A stretch of DNA of 64,000 nt from the human T2T-CHM13v2.0 reference genome, Homo sapiens (GCF_009914755.1 NC_060932.1), one strand, 5' to 3'. Positions 1-18,577 are shown, numbered from the stretch's first letter. The notes: generated by a model from the sequence alone, not told the origin. Translations and numbers: made by a program.

Positions 1-228
1 CTCACTGCAGGCTCCGCCTCCCGGGTTCACGCCATTCTCCTGCCTCAGCCTCCAGAGTAGCTGAGACTACAGGTGCACGCCACCACACCCGGCTAATTTT
101 TTGTAGTTTTAGTAGAGAGGGGGTTTCACCGTGTTAGCCAGGATGGTCTTGATCTCCTGACCTCATGACCCACCCGCTTCGGCCTCCCAAAGTGCTGGGA
201 TTACAGACATGAGCCACTGTGTCCAGCC
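1..228 (-). mobile_element. Alu (AluY/Sc-like), truncated by window edge
   Basis: Reverse-complement Alu consensus, ending ...gagccactgtgtccagcc. Confidence 0.95.
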
Positions 229-424
229 TCAAATAGTAGGTCTTACTCGTTCTATTTTTTTTTTTTTGTACCCAGTAAACTCATGTGGATAGGACATGAG
301 GAAAGCCAAAATGGACGCAAAAGGCAGAAGGGTATCACTCTGAAGATGATATCTGTGGCCATGAGACCCAATTTGGTTCATATATAAACCACAAAAAGCA
401 AAAAAAAACCCCAAAAAAACATAA

Positions 425-723
<299 letters not shown>

Positions 724-1145
724 ATAAATAAGCTTTTGAAAGCCATTCCTAAAGTGTTTCCCACCTGCACTAAACCAGACCTGCAGACAAAAGAAAAATG
801 AATCTGTTACTAATTTCAAAGCCCACTTGGACCTTTTGTTTTTCCTACAGCATTCCAAGCATTACATCAATTCAGCTAATCCTAGCTGTCCTTTTTGTAA
901 ATGGAGTCTCCCCACAACATTACCAAACAAGAAAGAGAGAGAGGAAAAGGATAAGGAAGCTACAGGGTTAAGTAAGTTAGCTGAGGACCTCAGAGCAAGA
1001 TGAGAAACAAAAGGTTTCCAAATTAATGGCCTTGTAATTATAGCAACTGCGGAGCAACCAACAACCAAGAAGGACCTTTGGACTACTTTTAATAAGTGAC
1101 TCAAACCAGACGTTATCTCCTTCTGTCTGTCTTTGTATGAATGTT

Positions 1146-1180
1146 TGTGTGTGTGTGTGTCTATATATATACACACACAT
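1146..1180. repeat. Compound (TG)n(TA)n(CA)n microsatellite
   Basis: Seen directly. Confidence 0.85.
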
Positions 1181-1627
1181 ATGTGATATTTTCAGATGGT
1201 ATTACTAAACCAATTTATAAAATCCTTTAATGGAGATCTATTCAAATTGGTTTGGGGATAAATGAGCATGCATGTAAATTATTTCTAAAACTCTCAGAAA
1301 TGCAGAAACTGACCCAAATGTGTGTTTTTTTTTTAATAAGTTCACATGATTTACATAAGTCTGTGGTAAATAAAGCTAGTTTTTAAATTGTCGGTAAAAT
1401 AAAATGGGAGTTTCTCAGAATTCTCAAGTTTTTCCTGGGTTGCTGGTTAGACAGATTGGTGTTGGCTCTGCTAGATGTTTAAGATCATAAAACCATAAAT
1501 CCAACCTAAGAGGAAAATGTGCAGTAAAAATGAATTGCTTGATCTTGATGCACGTCAGTCATGGAAGTAAAAAACTGTGATACCTGCCTGATTTGTCAAG
1601 AAAAATTAAATAACATTAAGATGATGG

Positions 1628-1801
1628 CGTGGGAGAAGGCATGGATGATAGCTGAATTTCTTTGGAGGACCTGTCTTTAGGCAGACAAAGGAGTCCCAAA
1701 AAGCCCCTCCCTGCATTTGTTATTTTTCAAATGCTTTCGGCTCAAAGCAATCAATATTCCAAAGCAGTAAATTTTGGAGTGGCATTTCCTGAACTCTTTC
1801 A
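1628..1801 (-). mobile_element. Internally deleted MER34/MER39-like solo LTR
   Basis: Reverse complement starts tgaaagagttcaggaaatgccactccaaaa, similar to the LTR at 58989. 4-bp TSD ATGG at 1624-1627 and 1802-1805. Confidence 0.7.
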
Positions 1802-2815
1802 ATGGCTAACTCTGTTCAATATCTCATGACATTTTTCATGAGCAATTCAAGTATATTTGTTTAAGAAGGAGTGACTTAAATATAAATGGAATAAAAGTTT
1901 AAAACTTTTTGAAATTATGTTTTATAAAATGTCTACAGTCATAATCTTGATTATTATGTTAAAATGTTGTATGTCACAGAAAATAACCAGATTTTTTTGT
2001 CAGTTGCATTATTATAATGAAACCTCATTAGAATTTAACTATGGCCATCTTAAGTCTTGTCATCCATAGGCAGTTATTGTTTTGATTTTTCTCTAAAAGC
2101 ATTTGCAATCAGCTATAGTCCAAAATTGCTTCTTCTTCAAAGATATTCACGGAAAGAACTCTGACAAGTACTCTGGATATACAGGTTTCTTATAACTTTA
2201 AATTAAGATAATGCCATGAAAGTGGGTAAGAATTCTCAGAACGCTAATAAAGAAACTGGTGAGTTTGTGAAACTGCTATCCCGAGATCATGCAGAACAAG
2301 AATTACATAAGACTGAATAACTGATGAAAATAATGTTTTTATGACTTTATATGTGGAAGTTTTGCTGGTTCTTTAAAGTTTTAAGAAACATTTTACCTTT
2401 TAAGCTATCTACTGCTTGCAGCAATTTGGAAAAGTATACTTTTGTGAATAAAGATTGAAGTATTTACTTTTCCTCTCTACCTGATCCTCGGGAACTTGGA
2501 AAGCTACTTGTGAAGATTTTTTTTATGGCAATATAACTATTTGCATAAGTTCAAAAAGAATCTGTTCTCTTTATAACAAGACACAATTGGAAACATTGGT
2601 TATATTACCAAGGGTCATATTTGACAGTGTGCATAGAATGCCTGGCTAAAAGTGTTCCCAGTCTCACAGTGAGTGAGTAAAAGCTATCAGTTCCCAGCAG
2701 ACCCAGGAACCTCAAGATATTTGGGGGACCTTACGAGAAGAGAAGAATTCACCCAAATATATAGGTACTGCAGGTGAAGTCTAAAATTTGCCTTGGTTTG
2801 GCTTCCTAGATTTAA

Positions 2816-3292
<477 letters not shown>

Positions 3293-3797
3293 TAGAAACA
3301 AGGATGACTACAGAGAGAAAATTATGTTTCAGAAAGAAACAATAGTACACCTGTTATTAGACTGCAGCCCTATTAACTGTTTTCAAGTTTTATTATCTAC
3401 CTGTAGTTTGCACTGAATCCTCAGTTCTTCTAGGTTCCTCCATCCAATTTTCTCCCACTTTTCTGACTTGGAATCACTCTGAACAAGAACTGCTCTGCTC
3501 CTGAAACCCTGCAAGATGGAGATGTATACCTGATACAAGTTCAGAGGACAACCCTCATGCCTGATGTGTGGACCACTCAGGGAGTTCACCAAAATGCCCA
3601 CTGCCATAACTAGGGGCATTCAAACTGCAAACCAGGAAAATATGCTTAGAGCTCAAATCTAGAAATCTTCCTGACTAATCACCCTCTGGACTCAGAGACC
3701 GAATTTATGATTTGTTCTTATCATTAAGCTTTGTTTTTCTTTTGCTTCCATAGAAATATTAGTTAGTTTGGTTCGTGGGGACTTTAACTAAGAAGCT

Positions 3798-3920
3798 AAG
3801 TCTCTCAGTATTATCCTCCTGGTAGTCATCATTATAATCTTCCTGGTGCACTATATTCTCTCAAGGGTCTTAAATGTATATTCAAAAACATCAACAGCAT
3901 ACCAGATTGTCTCACTGTGA
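3798..3920 (+). pseudogene. ERV env transmembrane/cytoplasmic-tail remnant
   Basis: Translates as KSLSIILLVVIIIIFLVHYILSRVLNVYSKTSTAYQIVSL*, preceded out of frame by FGSWG. Lies just upstream of the PPT/3' LTR, where env ends. Confidence 0.55.
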
Positions 3921-4089
3921 TTAGAAAAAAAATGAGATTGACAACAAAAGGAATTGTTTTTCATTGAGCCTGTTGTCATGATTTATGAGTTCCACACTAA
4001 GACAAAGACAACCTAGCCATGATGGTGACAGAGAGTGGCACTTACGTCCAAGTTTATAAATGAGAGGCTGACCAAAAGGAGGAAACTTA

Positions 4090-4172
4090 TATGTAACTAA
4101 CCTGCACATTGTGCACATGTACCCTAAAACTTAAAGTATAATAATAATAAATAAATAAATAAATGAAAAAAA
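4090..4172 (+). mobile_element. Very short 5'-truncated L1PA (L1PA3-like) 3' end
   Basis: tatgtaactaacctgcacattgtgcacatgtaccctaaaacttaaagtataat plus A-tail; 16-bp TSD AAAAGGAGGAAACTTA at 4074-4089 and 4173-4188. Confidence 0.92.
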
Positions 4173-4185
4173 AAAAGGAGGAAAC

Positions 4186-4846
4186 TTAAAAAAAACCATT
4201 CCAATTGAGAGTCCATTAGACTAGGGTAGGGTAGCTCTTGTCACTTTAAATCCCTAATCGAACAAACCAAAGCCCAATGTAAACAGTAAATTAAAACCAG
4301 AAACTGCACCAATCAGAAACTACCAACTAATCTCTAACTAGGAACTTTCCACTCTAATCAATCAAAATTGGTTTATTTGTCTTGCTTCTGCAAATACTTT
4401 ATAAAAGCTTCCCCTCTTGCCCCTCCTGGAGGAGTGACACTCCCTTGTGGTCTGCTGCTACCCTATCCATCAACTGCTGAATGCTCAAGCTGTTTCGGCT
4501 GGGTGTGGGGACTCACGCCTGTAATTCCAACACTTTGGGAGGGTGAGGTGGAAGGATCACTTGAGGCCAGGAGTTCAAGATTAGCCTGGGCAACATAGTG
4601 AGACCTTGTCTCTAAGAAAAATAAAAACATAAAAATTAGCAGGGCATCGTGATGTGCACATGTAACCTCAACTACTTGGGAGGCTGAGGTGGTAGTATCA
4701 CTTGAGCTCAAAAGTTCGAGGCTGCAGTGAGCTACGATATCATCACTGTACTCCAGCCTGGGCTACAGAGCAAGAGCCTGTCTCTAAAAATAAAAATAAA
4801 AAATAAAAATAAATGGTTTAAAAGTGCTTAAGTTTTTCTTTAACCA
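4186..4846 (+). mobile_element. ERV1 3' LTR (MER93-like), interrupted by Alu
   Basis: Follows the purine tract; CCAAT and TATAAAA motifs; resembles MER93 consensus (ccaatcagaaactaccaactaatctctaactaggaactttccac). Confidence 0.65.
4497..4813 (+). mobile_element. AluJ
   Basis: Diverged full Alu with (TAAAAA)n tail. Confidence 0.92.
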
Positions 4847-5136
4847 CTGGTCAGTCAGAAATTCCATATTCTGGAGGCCCTGACTTTGATTGGCATCTGA
4901 AGTGGGGGACAGTCTTATGGGACTGAGCTCTCAAGCAGTGGGATCTGACACTACCTCTAGATAGAGTCAAAATTAAATTGAATTAGAGGAGACACCAGAG
5001 CTGATGTCTGCTGCAGAACTGTTTGGTTAGTGTGTAGGGAAAAACCCCCATGTACTGGTAACAGAAGCATTCTGTGTGGTACTGAGTGACTATGTTAGAA
5101 TGGGAAAAGAACTTTGGTTTTTCCTATATCTCTACA
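4847..5136 (+). mobile_element. MER21-family LTR, 3' half
   Basis: ttggcatctgaagtgggggacagtcttatgggactgagc...ggatctgacact matches MER21 consensus. Confidence 0.75.
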
Positions 5137-5329
5137 CTTACAAAGACAAAATTTTTTAAGATCTTGATCATATAGAATGATGCAACTAGCTTACCATTAA
5201 TAAATCATGCCCAGTGAGGTTTTTATCCAATAGTTGTAAAGAATTTGTACAAATGCATCTGACTATAAAATATATATGTTTGCAAGATAAAAAGGTTGAA
5301 TAACTAGAAGATGTAGAAGGAACAAGTAC

Positions 5330-5530
5330 TCTTGGGTCAGGCAGAGCCAAGGATCAATGACAACTGCACAGCTCACAGGCTGTGTCACTTAGGGAAAGTT
5401 TTCATCAGTGTAAGCCTCAGTTTTCTCACCTGTAAAATCTGAGTGATATTTACTTACATCATAGGGTTGTTGTGAATGGCAACAGAATATGCTTAACATG
5501 CAATATGTACAGTAAACAGTGGCATTTGTT
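5330..5530 (+). mobile_element. MIR
   Basis: MIR core gcctcagttttctcacctgtaaaat. Confidence 0.75.
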
Positions 5531-5744
5531 GCTAAATAAACCATTGTATGTGTGAAATCAAAACATTAATTGGCTCATATTCTAACTAAGTCACCATACC
5601 TGATGTGTGGACCACTCACAGAATTCACCATGGCTCCAGAAGTAATAACAGTTTTTCCCACAGCACAAGGACAAATAAAATACCCAGGGTGACTGTTGAA
5701 TTTGAAGATTACTTGCCTCACCTTCAGAGATTATGATTGAATAC

Positions 5745-6000
5745 AAACAATTGTAGCTAACACTAAGTGTGTACCAGGTGATAAGCAGTGCTCTAGCACT
5801 TCACATAAATTAATCTACTTAATCCTCACAATAATTCTATGAAGTAGATATTATCATTATTCCCATTTTACAGATGGCGAAACTGAGGCACAGAAAAGGT
5901 AAGTAAGTATCTTGCTCGAGACCACCCAGTCAAGTAAGGGCAGATCCAGGATTTGAACCCAGACTGATTACCTTGAGCCTGTGTTCTTGGCCACTATCTT
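5745..6000 (-). mobile_element. MIR
   Basis: Reverse MIR core cccattttacagatggcgaaactgaggcacaga. Confidence 0.85.
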
Positions 6001-6381
6001 GCTCTTCCTCCAAGATTTGGGGCAGGTCCCAGGCATCTCTATGTTTAACTAGTACCCCCAAGTGATTCTGGTATGAGTAGTCCATAAATAAAGAAACACT
6101 AGACTCTTGGTAGTAAAGAATACCAATAGTTTAGAAATCGTATCTCGCAAGTCTAAAAAAACAATGTAGAGTTTATTGGGCTAGTTAACTGCTGGACTTC
6201 TTTGCTAAGGTAGAAAAATATAAACCAAGTGGAAAAAAATTTCACTTCCAACACTGAAGCGACTTATCAGTTCACACAAATCTTCAGTGGTTTTCTTGCC
6301 TCCAGACTCTTCATCAGCAACCCCCCAACCCATTCAACAATATTCGACCTGGCTTTCTATAATATTCTCCCTAATGAACTA

Positions 6382-6723
6382 CAGGTTGAATATCCCTTAT
6401 CTGAAATGCTTAGGGTCAGAAGTATTTCAGATTTCCGATTTTTTCAGGTTTGAAATATCTGCATATACCTAATGAGATATATTGGGGATGGGAACCAAGT
6501 CTAAACATAAAATTCATTTATATTTCATATACACCTTATACATATAGCCTGAAGGTAAACTTATACACTATATTTAATAATTTTGTGCATGAAACCAAGT
6601 TTTGACGGCAACCTGTCACAAGGTCAGGTGTGGAAGTCTCCATTTGTGGTGTCAGCTCTCAAAACCTTTTAAATTTTGGAGCATTTCAGATGTCAAATTT
6701 TCAGATTAGGGATGCTCAACCTG
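6382..6723. mobile_element. Tigger4b/Zombi-type non-autonomous TcMar DNA transposon
   Basis: TIRs caggttgaatatccct ... agggatgctcaacctg, preceded by TA. Confidence 0.85.
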
Positions 6724-6788
6724 CAGCAGGTTCTATCTTCTGGCACCTTTTCACTAAACCCTACCTTGACCACCTATTTAAAATCACA

Positions 6789-7515
6789 TCTATGAAATGA
6801 AATATCATCTCACCCCAGTTAGAATGGCTATTGTCAAAAAGAAAAAAAAAAAAAACAAGTGCTGGCAATGATGCAGAGAAAAGGGAATTCATATACACTG
6901 TTTGTGAGACTGTAAATTAGTACAGTAACTATGGAAAACAGTGTGGAGGATTCTCAAAAAACTAAAAATAGAATGACCATATGATCTACCAACCCTACTA
7001 CTATTTATCCAAAGGAATGGAAATCAGTATTTCAAAATGATACCTGAATCCCCATGTTTACTGCAGCACTATTCACAATAACTAAGATATGAAATAAACC
7101 TAAACATCCATCAAAAGATGAAGAGATGAAGAAAATGTGGCATATACACACAATGGAATACTATGCTGCCATAAAAAAGAATGAAATCCTGTCATTCACA
7201 GCAATATGGATGAGCCTGGAGGACATTATGATAAGCAAAACAAGTCAGACACAGAAAGCACCTGCTCTCATTCATATGTGGGAGCTAAAAAAAATGTGGC
7301 CTCATGGAAGTAGAGAGTAGAAACTATAACTTATTCTATATCCTCAAAAGGCTAAAAGAGAGGATGTTAAATGTTCACAACACAAAGAAATGATAAATGT
7401 TTGTGGTGAAGAATATGCTAATTACCCTGATTTGATCATTACACATTGTATCCCGATATCAAAGTATCATTCTGTATCTAATAAATATATACAATTATGT
7501 GTCAAGTAAAAATAA
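6789..7515 (+). mobile_element. L1MA-type 3' fragment (ORF2 end plus 3' UTR)
   Basis: ORF2 C-terminal translation MKKMWHIHTMEYYAAIKKNE; L1MA-like 3' terminus; inserted into L2. Confidence 0.88.
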
Positions 7516-7535
7516 GAGGCATATATAAAATCACA

Positions 7536-7826
7536 GGCCGGGCATGGTGGCTCACACCTGTGATCCCAGCACTTTGGGAAGTTGAAGCAGGCAGATCACT
7601 TGAGGCCAGGAGTTCAAGACCAGCCTGGCCAACATGGTAAAACCCCGTCTCTACCAAAAATACAAAAATTAGCTGGGTGTGGCAGTATATACCTGTAGCT
7701 GCTCAGCAGGCTGAGGTGGGGGAATTGCTTGAACCCAGGAAGTGGAGACTGCAGTGAGTGAAGATCGTGCCACTGCACTCCAGCCTGGGCGACAGAGTGA
7801 GACTCCATCTCAAAAAATAAAATAAA
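7536..7826 (+). mobile_element. AluS
   Basis: Full Alu; TSD ataaaatcaca. Confidence 0.95.
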
Positions 7827-7832
7827 ATCACA

Positions 7833-8090
7833 ACTCTGCCTTTCTCTCTAAACCTCCACCTATACACCCATTCCCCACTACCCTACTTTTTAAATTTTTT
7901 CAACAGAATATATTACCTAGCATACTATATGATATACTTATTACACATAGTAATATTGACTGCCTCCTCAACTAAAACATAAGTTTTAGAAGCAGGAATT
8001 TTTTTTCTGGTTTATTTTGCTCATTGTTATACCCCAAAATGCCTAGAACAGTGCCTGACACACATAAATATTTGTTGCATTAATTAGTTA
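7833..8090 (+). mobile_element. L2 3' end
   Basis: gcctagaacagtgcctgacacacataaatatttgttg is the L2 3' terminus. Confidence 0.75.
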
Positions 8091-8719
8091 ATTAATGTCA
8101 TTGTCCAGCTCAAAACTTTCAATAGCTCCCCACTACTAATCAAATAAAATCCAAGCACGCTCTCAGGGAATCTGGACACTCCAAAATTAGGCCCTAACTG
8201 ACCTTTCCATCCTTAATTTTTCCTAAGTCAGACTCAGAAGTCCAAGAGTTGACATTTCCTTACTTCCTGCTTTCCTGCCCCTGTGCCTCTGTTGATGTAG
8301 CCCTTTCTGGCTGCCTTGCCTATACCACAATATCTTTATCTATCAACGTGATGCCTATTGTGAATGAGAAACTACTCTCCAAGGTCTCTGAAACGGTGTC
8401 TGTTTCAAACACATCCCTGAATTCAGTGGCGTGACAGGCTCCACTCCTAAGGCTTAGTTTCTGCCAAGTGCCATCTTCCATGCTTCCATATGTTGTGGTT
8501 AATTGTGTCTGAGTCGTACCCCTCCACTGACGCTAGCTAACTGAGGGCCCTGATGGTCTGGGATTTGAGGTACATCTGTACACAAAGAATAGCTGCCTAT
8601 TGCGTTGCACATTTTACAAGTCAGACAATGGAAGGGGCCTGTTGCTTATAATGCTCCTTTTGTTTTTTGAAAATTTCTGCCACATGCACCTTTTTAAGCT
8701 TTTTGACTTTTTTAAACAC

Positions 8720-9320
8720 AGAGGGCTGCCCTACATTCAACCACTTAGGCCCACTTTTGAAGCCCAGGCCGACTGGAGAGTGCAAAGAGCAGCCAATCTG
8801 CAGACTGAAGACAGGCTTGGCAGAAAGTCTCCGCCCGTCTACAGTGGTCTACAATGAATAAAAAACAGTGACCTGACAAACCAATCTGATCTCTCCTCTG
8901 AACAGGAGTCTAAAATGGAGATACCAAGAGTCAGTACTTACCAATGGGCACAGAAGCCACAATGACCTACAGAGAGATGACGAAAAGCAGAGCAAGAGAG
9001 CAGAAGCTATAAGGCTTCAATAAACAAGAAAGATCAAGAGTCATACAAGCGGCGGAAAAGGCAGCAGAACCATAACAGTAGAATGTCACCTAGAGAGAAG
9101 GAAGGGAGGCAAGAGAGGAATGGAATGTCATCTCTGAACAGCCAACTACTAGATTTTCAATCAAGCTCCCTGCAGAGGGCAGACCTTACAGACTAACTCC
9201 TGGAAGACTGCTGTATCCCCAAAACATAAACTTAACTGTGTGGCTAGTCCTACTTTTCTTATTCTCTATGAATTCAATAAAATCCATCACTTGTTTCTTG
9301 AAGCCTAACAGAGCCTATTT
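8720..9320 (+). mobile_element. Possible ancient ERVL/MaLR-type LTR
   Basis: Purine-rich body with AATAAA and an LTR-like 3' end; family not resolved. Confidence 0.3.
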
Positions 9321-9873
9321 ATATGGCAGTAATACCGTGTGATACATGGCAGTGATACCAGTCCAGAAGCCAGAACGGAAATGGAGGATAAATCTGACCA
9401 CACAAAACTTTAAAACTTCCGTATGGCAAAAAATGTTCAACAAGGTCAAAAGAAACTATAAACAAGGAAAAAATATTTGGAAGACATATGACAAAGGCTA
9501 ATTTCTTCTTAATATAACAAAAACTTGTTAAAATAAATAACCCAATAAAAGACAAAGAAGTAAAGGATATCATAGTATAGAAAAATAAATGTAAATAGTG
9601 CAAACTCTATAAAGGATAATTTGTCAATATCTACTAATATTGAACATTATATCCCTTTGACCTAACAAATCAACTGCTAAGAATTTACCCTCAGAAACAC
9701 ACTATCACCAAAAGTACCCTACAATATATCAAAAGATATTAACTGTGGCATTATTCATAACATTAATGACCATAAATAGGTTAGTTATGGAACACTATGT
9801 GGTCACTAAAAGATGAATTCAATTTTTACAAAAAGATCTCTAAAATATAAAGCATTAAAAAGCAAGGTAGAAC

Positions 9874-13012
<3,139 letters not shown>

Positions 13013-13289
13013 AAAAAGCAAAGCAAAGAATAATGTGTATACTATCCCATTGTAAACTTCTACCCGTGGCTTTGTGTATGTGCTAGTACATGGACAGTTT
13101 TCTGGGGGAAAAAAAGTCAAGAAATTTAACAGTAGTTTACTTTGGGAAGGGAAACTATAGTGAATGAGTTCAAGAAAAAGGGATTTCAATTTTTTACTTT
13201 ATACCTTGCTGTTCATGTAAAATTTGTTTCACACCATGTGAAAGAAAATATAAGCTTCTTTAAAATTAAAAGAATATATGGCCTTTAAA

Positions 13290-13680
13290 ACCACACAGTA
13301 CTGGCATAAGAATAAACAAAACATTTGAAACAAGTCCAGAAATAGATCCACAAATATAAAGGAATTTAATGTATGAAAATACTTACATTTTATATGAGTG
13401 GAGAAAAGATAAATCTTTCCCTAATTCAAGCCAGAAATTCCAGATGAAATAAAAAGCTATAGCAGAAAACATTAGAAAATATACACAATTAAAATGTTAG
13501 AAAAACTACAGGACATTAATAATTTGGGTACTGATGGGATCTCTCTGGGATAAAAAACTCAAAAGTTACTAAGAGACTGACAAATTTGACTATATACTAT
13601 TAAAACTCTGTTATGATAGAATAGCACAAGTTAAAAGACAAGTGACAGCCTGAGAGAAAATATTTATAACAGACAGAGGT
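13290..13680 (+). mobile_element. Old L1 (L1ME-like) fragments
   Basis: Degenerate ORF2 motifs agtccagaaatagatccac and aagttaaaagacaagtgacagcctgagagaaaatattt. Confidence 0.55.
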
Positions 13681-13779
13681 TTACATACCTTGTACCATGT
13701 ATATATATAAGGATTCAGTAGATGGTATCTAAGCACAACAAAATTGGAATTAAATGAATATTTCTAAAAAAAAATAATA

Positions 13780-14081
13780 GGCTGGACGCGGTGGCTCATG
13801 CCTGTAATCCTAACACTGTGGGAGGCCGAGGCAGGTGGATCACCTGAGGTCAGGAGTTCAGACCAGCCTAGCCAACACGGCAAAACCCTGTCTCTACTGA
13901 AACTGCAAAAATTAGCTGGCCATGGTGGTTCACGTCTGTAATCCCAGCTACTCAGGAGGGTGAGGCACGAGAATCACTTGAATCCAGGAGACAGAGGTTG
14001 CAGTGAGCTGCCACGGCACTCCAGCCTGAGCGACAGAGCAAGACTCTGTTTCAAAAAAAAGAAAAGAAAAAAAAAGAAAAG
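13780..14081 (+). mobile_element. AluS
   Basis: Full Alu with A-tail. Confidence 0.95.
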
Positions 14082-14369
14082 AATGGATGGATTGAATGAC
14101 AGGTTGATCCTGTAAAAGCTATCGATGGGACTAAAACACAATATATGCATAGAAGTGAAGTGCTGCTTTAATCTTTGAAATGGCTTGCACTTTTATCAAC
14201 ATTGTCATTTGACCTTCTTCAGTTAGCAATATAAACAGAATGTTTACTAAAATCATTTTGGCTAAAAAATATCTAAGATAAATATTTCACACTAAGAAGG
14301 CTTTCTTCAGTTGCCTTATGTCTTATAACATAGAGATAATATTCATTTGTCATTTAAAACAAAAAATCA

Positions 14370-14769
<400 letters not shown>

Positions 14770-15800
14770 TCAAAAGTCAACACTCTAACATTTTCCACCA
14801 AGAACAAATAATCATGTTAACACTAAGGGTTATTTAAGGTGAACACAGCAAAACTGCTGCCCTTTCACAGCCCCAGCAAAGGCAAGATGTGACAGGAGCC
14901 CCCAGTAAACATGAAAGTGACAAGACCCTTCTCCGTGCAGGATAAGAGGCCACATAATTCAATTCAATTAAAAGATTATGGCCATGGAGACAGAATTTTC
15001 ACTGAATGTTTTTATAACGAGCTCTCAGAGAGTTTTAGGGTTACTCTTACTTAATGCAGCCATTAATCCCCATGAATACCGTACAGCAAACTAACAAATA
15101 CATTGTGTAAAAGTAGTCAAGCCCAAACAGACCATCCAAACTAATCCCCTGAAACCTCAGGAGCCACGTGGAAAATCTAATATAATTACCTCCCACTAAA
15201 CTCTGTACATCTGTTACAGGGAGTTCCTACTGTGATTACATTCTTAGTGCAAATGCCTGGAATTAATTCCAAAACAATCCAAGCCCAGGCCTAACCAAGT
15301 GGCCTTCACGACGCAAAACCTGCATCGGATGGTCCTCTTTTATCTCCTTTCATCCACAGGTAGCCTGGTTTATAAACCAGGGCTCCAGTCTGGCTTTATC
15401 CCTTTCTTTATTCATTTACAAGGTTTTTTCATTGATTTCCAGCTGAGTTCCTACAGCTAGTAGTAATAAGACACAGTAAAAGGGTTTTTCAAAAATTATA
15501 ATTATGTAATTAATAAAGAAATTATGTTTATCATTATTTCTACTTCACATTTTTTTCTACTTCCCCTTTGCTTTGCTTACTTACACCTTCAAAAGAAAAA
15601 AAAAAACTCCTGTGCAATGATGTTTTATCATTATTGTCATTTTATAGATGAGAAAGGTAAAATCAAATTATTTAATTTAGCTAAAATCTCACAAAAGTTC
15701 TCTCAAGAGAACAAGGAATCAGGTCTTACTACATAAGGGCTTTCTCTATGGTGACACGTCACATCTCAAAACAAAACAGAAAGTAAGACAAACCAAGCTG

Positions 15801-16380
15801 TGATGCAGGAAAACAGAGGGAACTGGAAGTTGGATAAAGGGCAGAATGAGTAAAAGCAGAGAGCAGAAGCAAGGTGAATGGGTAGCTGAGTAAGAAACAA
15901 GAGACAGAAGCTGAGCAGCCAAAACAAAAACAAGATTAAAAAGTGAGTAAAGAGACCCCATAGCTGGCTCCTCAGAGATGGGCATGCGCATCAGAGAGAA
16001 AAAGTATCCTTAACATGACCCCATATGATAATCAGCTCATTAAAGCTCATGCATATGGACTGTATATTATGGGATGGAGGCAACACACAAGCACATAAGG
16101 GCCAAAGTAAGCAGTCCACCTATCAATTAAATGGCAGAGTCTGGCTAAAGATTAGGCAGCCTTGGGAAGAGAAGAGACAAAAAAACACATACAAATACCC
16201 AAAGTACATCAAACTGATGCTGATCTCATTTCACAGAGATCAGTCCACTCTCCTCTCTCCAAGAGTGTAATACAGTGCTTAATAAACTTTTGCTGCTTGC
16301 TTTGCTACTTGTGTGTGTCACGTCCAATTCTTTGTTCAGGACACCAAGAGCCTGGAACTGCACGGCACCATCCAGTGACA
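15801..16380 (+). mobile_element. ERV1-type solo LTR (~580 bp)
   Basis: TG...CA termini, AATAAA near 16281, ERV1-type U5 end (gtccaattctttgttcaggacaccaagagcctgg); candidate 4-bp TSD gctg/gttg. Confidence 0.7.
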
Positions 16381-16619
16381 GTTGGAGTACACAGAGGGAA
16401 GAAGGTGTTCAGTCAGAAGCAGGATTCAGGCTGAATGCATGGTAATGAACAAGGACATGGCAATTCCACAGACAATAGTTTGGGAAACCTTCACTGCTAG
16501 GCTGAGAATTCTGACGTCTGCCTCTAGGCCAGCAAGGGCATGCCGTGGCAGAAGCAGGTCAGCAGTGGGGCATGGAGTAGGAAGAAAGCCGGAACTGCAA
16601 GCATGCTCAGGAGCACTAC

Positions 16620-18044
<1,425 letters not shown>

Positions 18045-18399
18045 TGGCAAGTTTCATAGACTAAAGGCAATGGTCTTAGTCTGGACCTAGACATCAGTAG
18101 TGTGTATACGTACGTTTACACATACACATACACACACAGTATGGCATAGTTTAATTAGCAATTTTCTATCTTAGTAGTGTGGCTTACAATTGATAGTGTC
18201 TTAAATTAGATGATATATGCTAGCTGTATGTTTATATGAATTTCACTAGCATAAAAATAACATCACTCTAGGGGAGAAAGAATTTTTTTTTAAGAATAGC
18301 ACTATCTAAATGATGTTGATCATCTTTTTTGCCATGCTTAGCACGTATTCTGATCCCAGGACCATTTGACCATTAAGACAAACAAACAAACAAAAAAAC

Positions 18400-18577
18400 C
18401 ACCTTCTTTTTTAGAGTATTTTAGGTTCTCAGCAAAATTGAGCAGAAAGTACAGAGAGTTCCCATATAGCCCCTGTCCCCATATATGCACAACCTCCCTT
18501 ACTCATATTGACATCCCATGCCACAATAATGTTTGCTACAATCGATAAACCTACACTGATACATCATTATCACCCAG
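18400..18577 (-). mobile_element. L1MC-type 3' end fragment
   Basis: ttttaggttctcagcaaaattgagcagaaagtacagagagttccc. Confidence 0.7.

Noticed and set aside
18101-18122. 22-bp quasi-palindrome tgtgtatacgtacgtttacaca
   Set aside because: Low-complexity TG/TA/CA repeat, expected by chance
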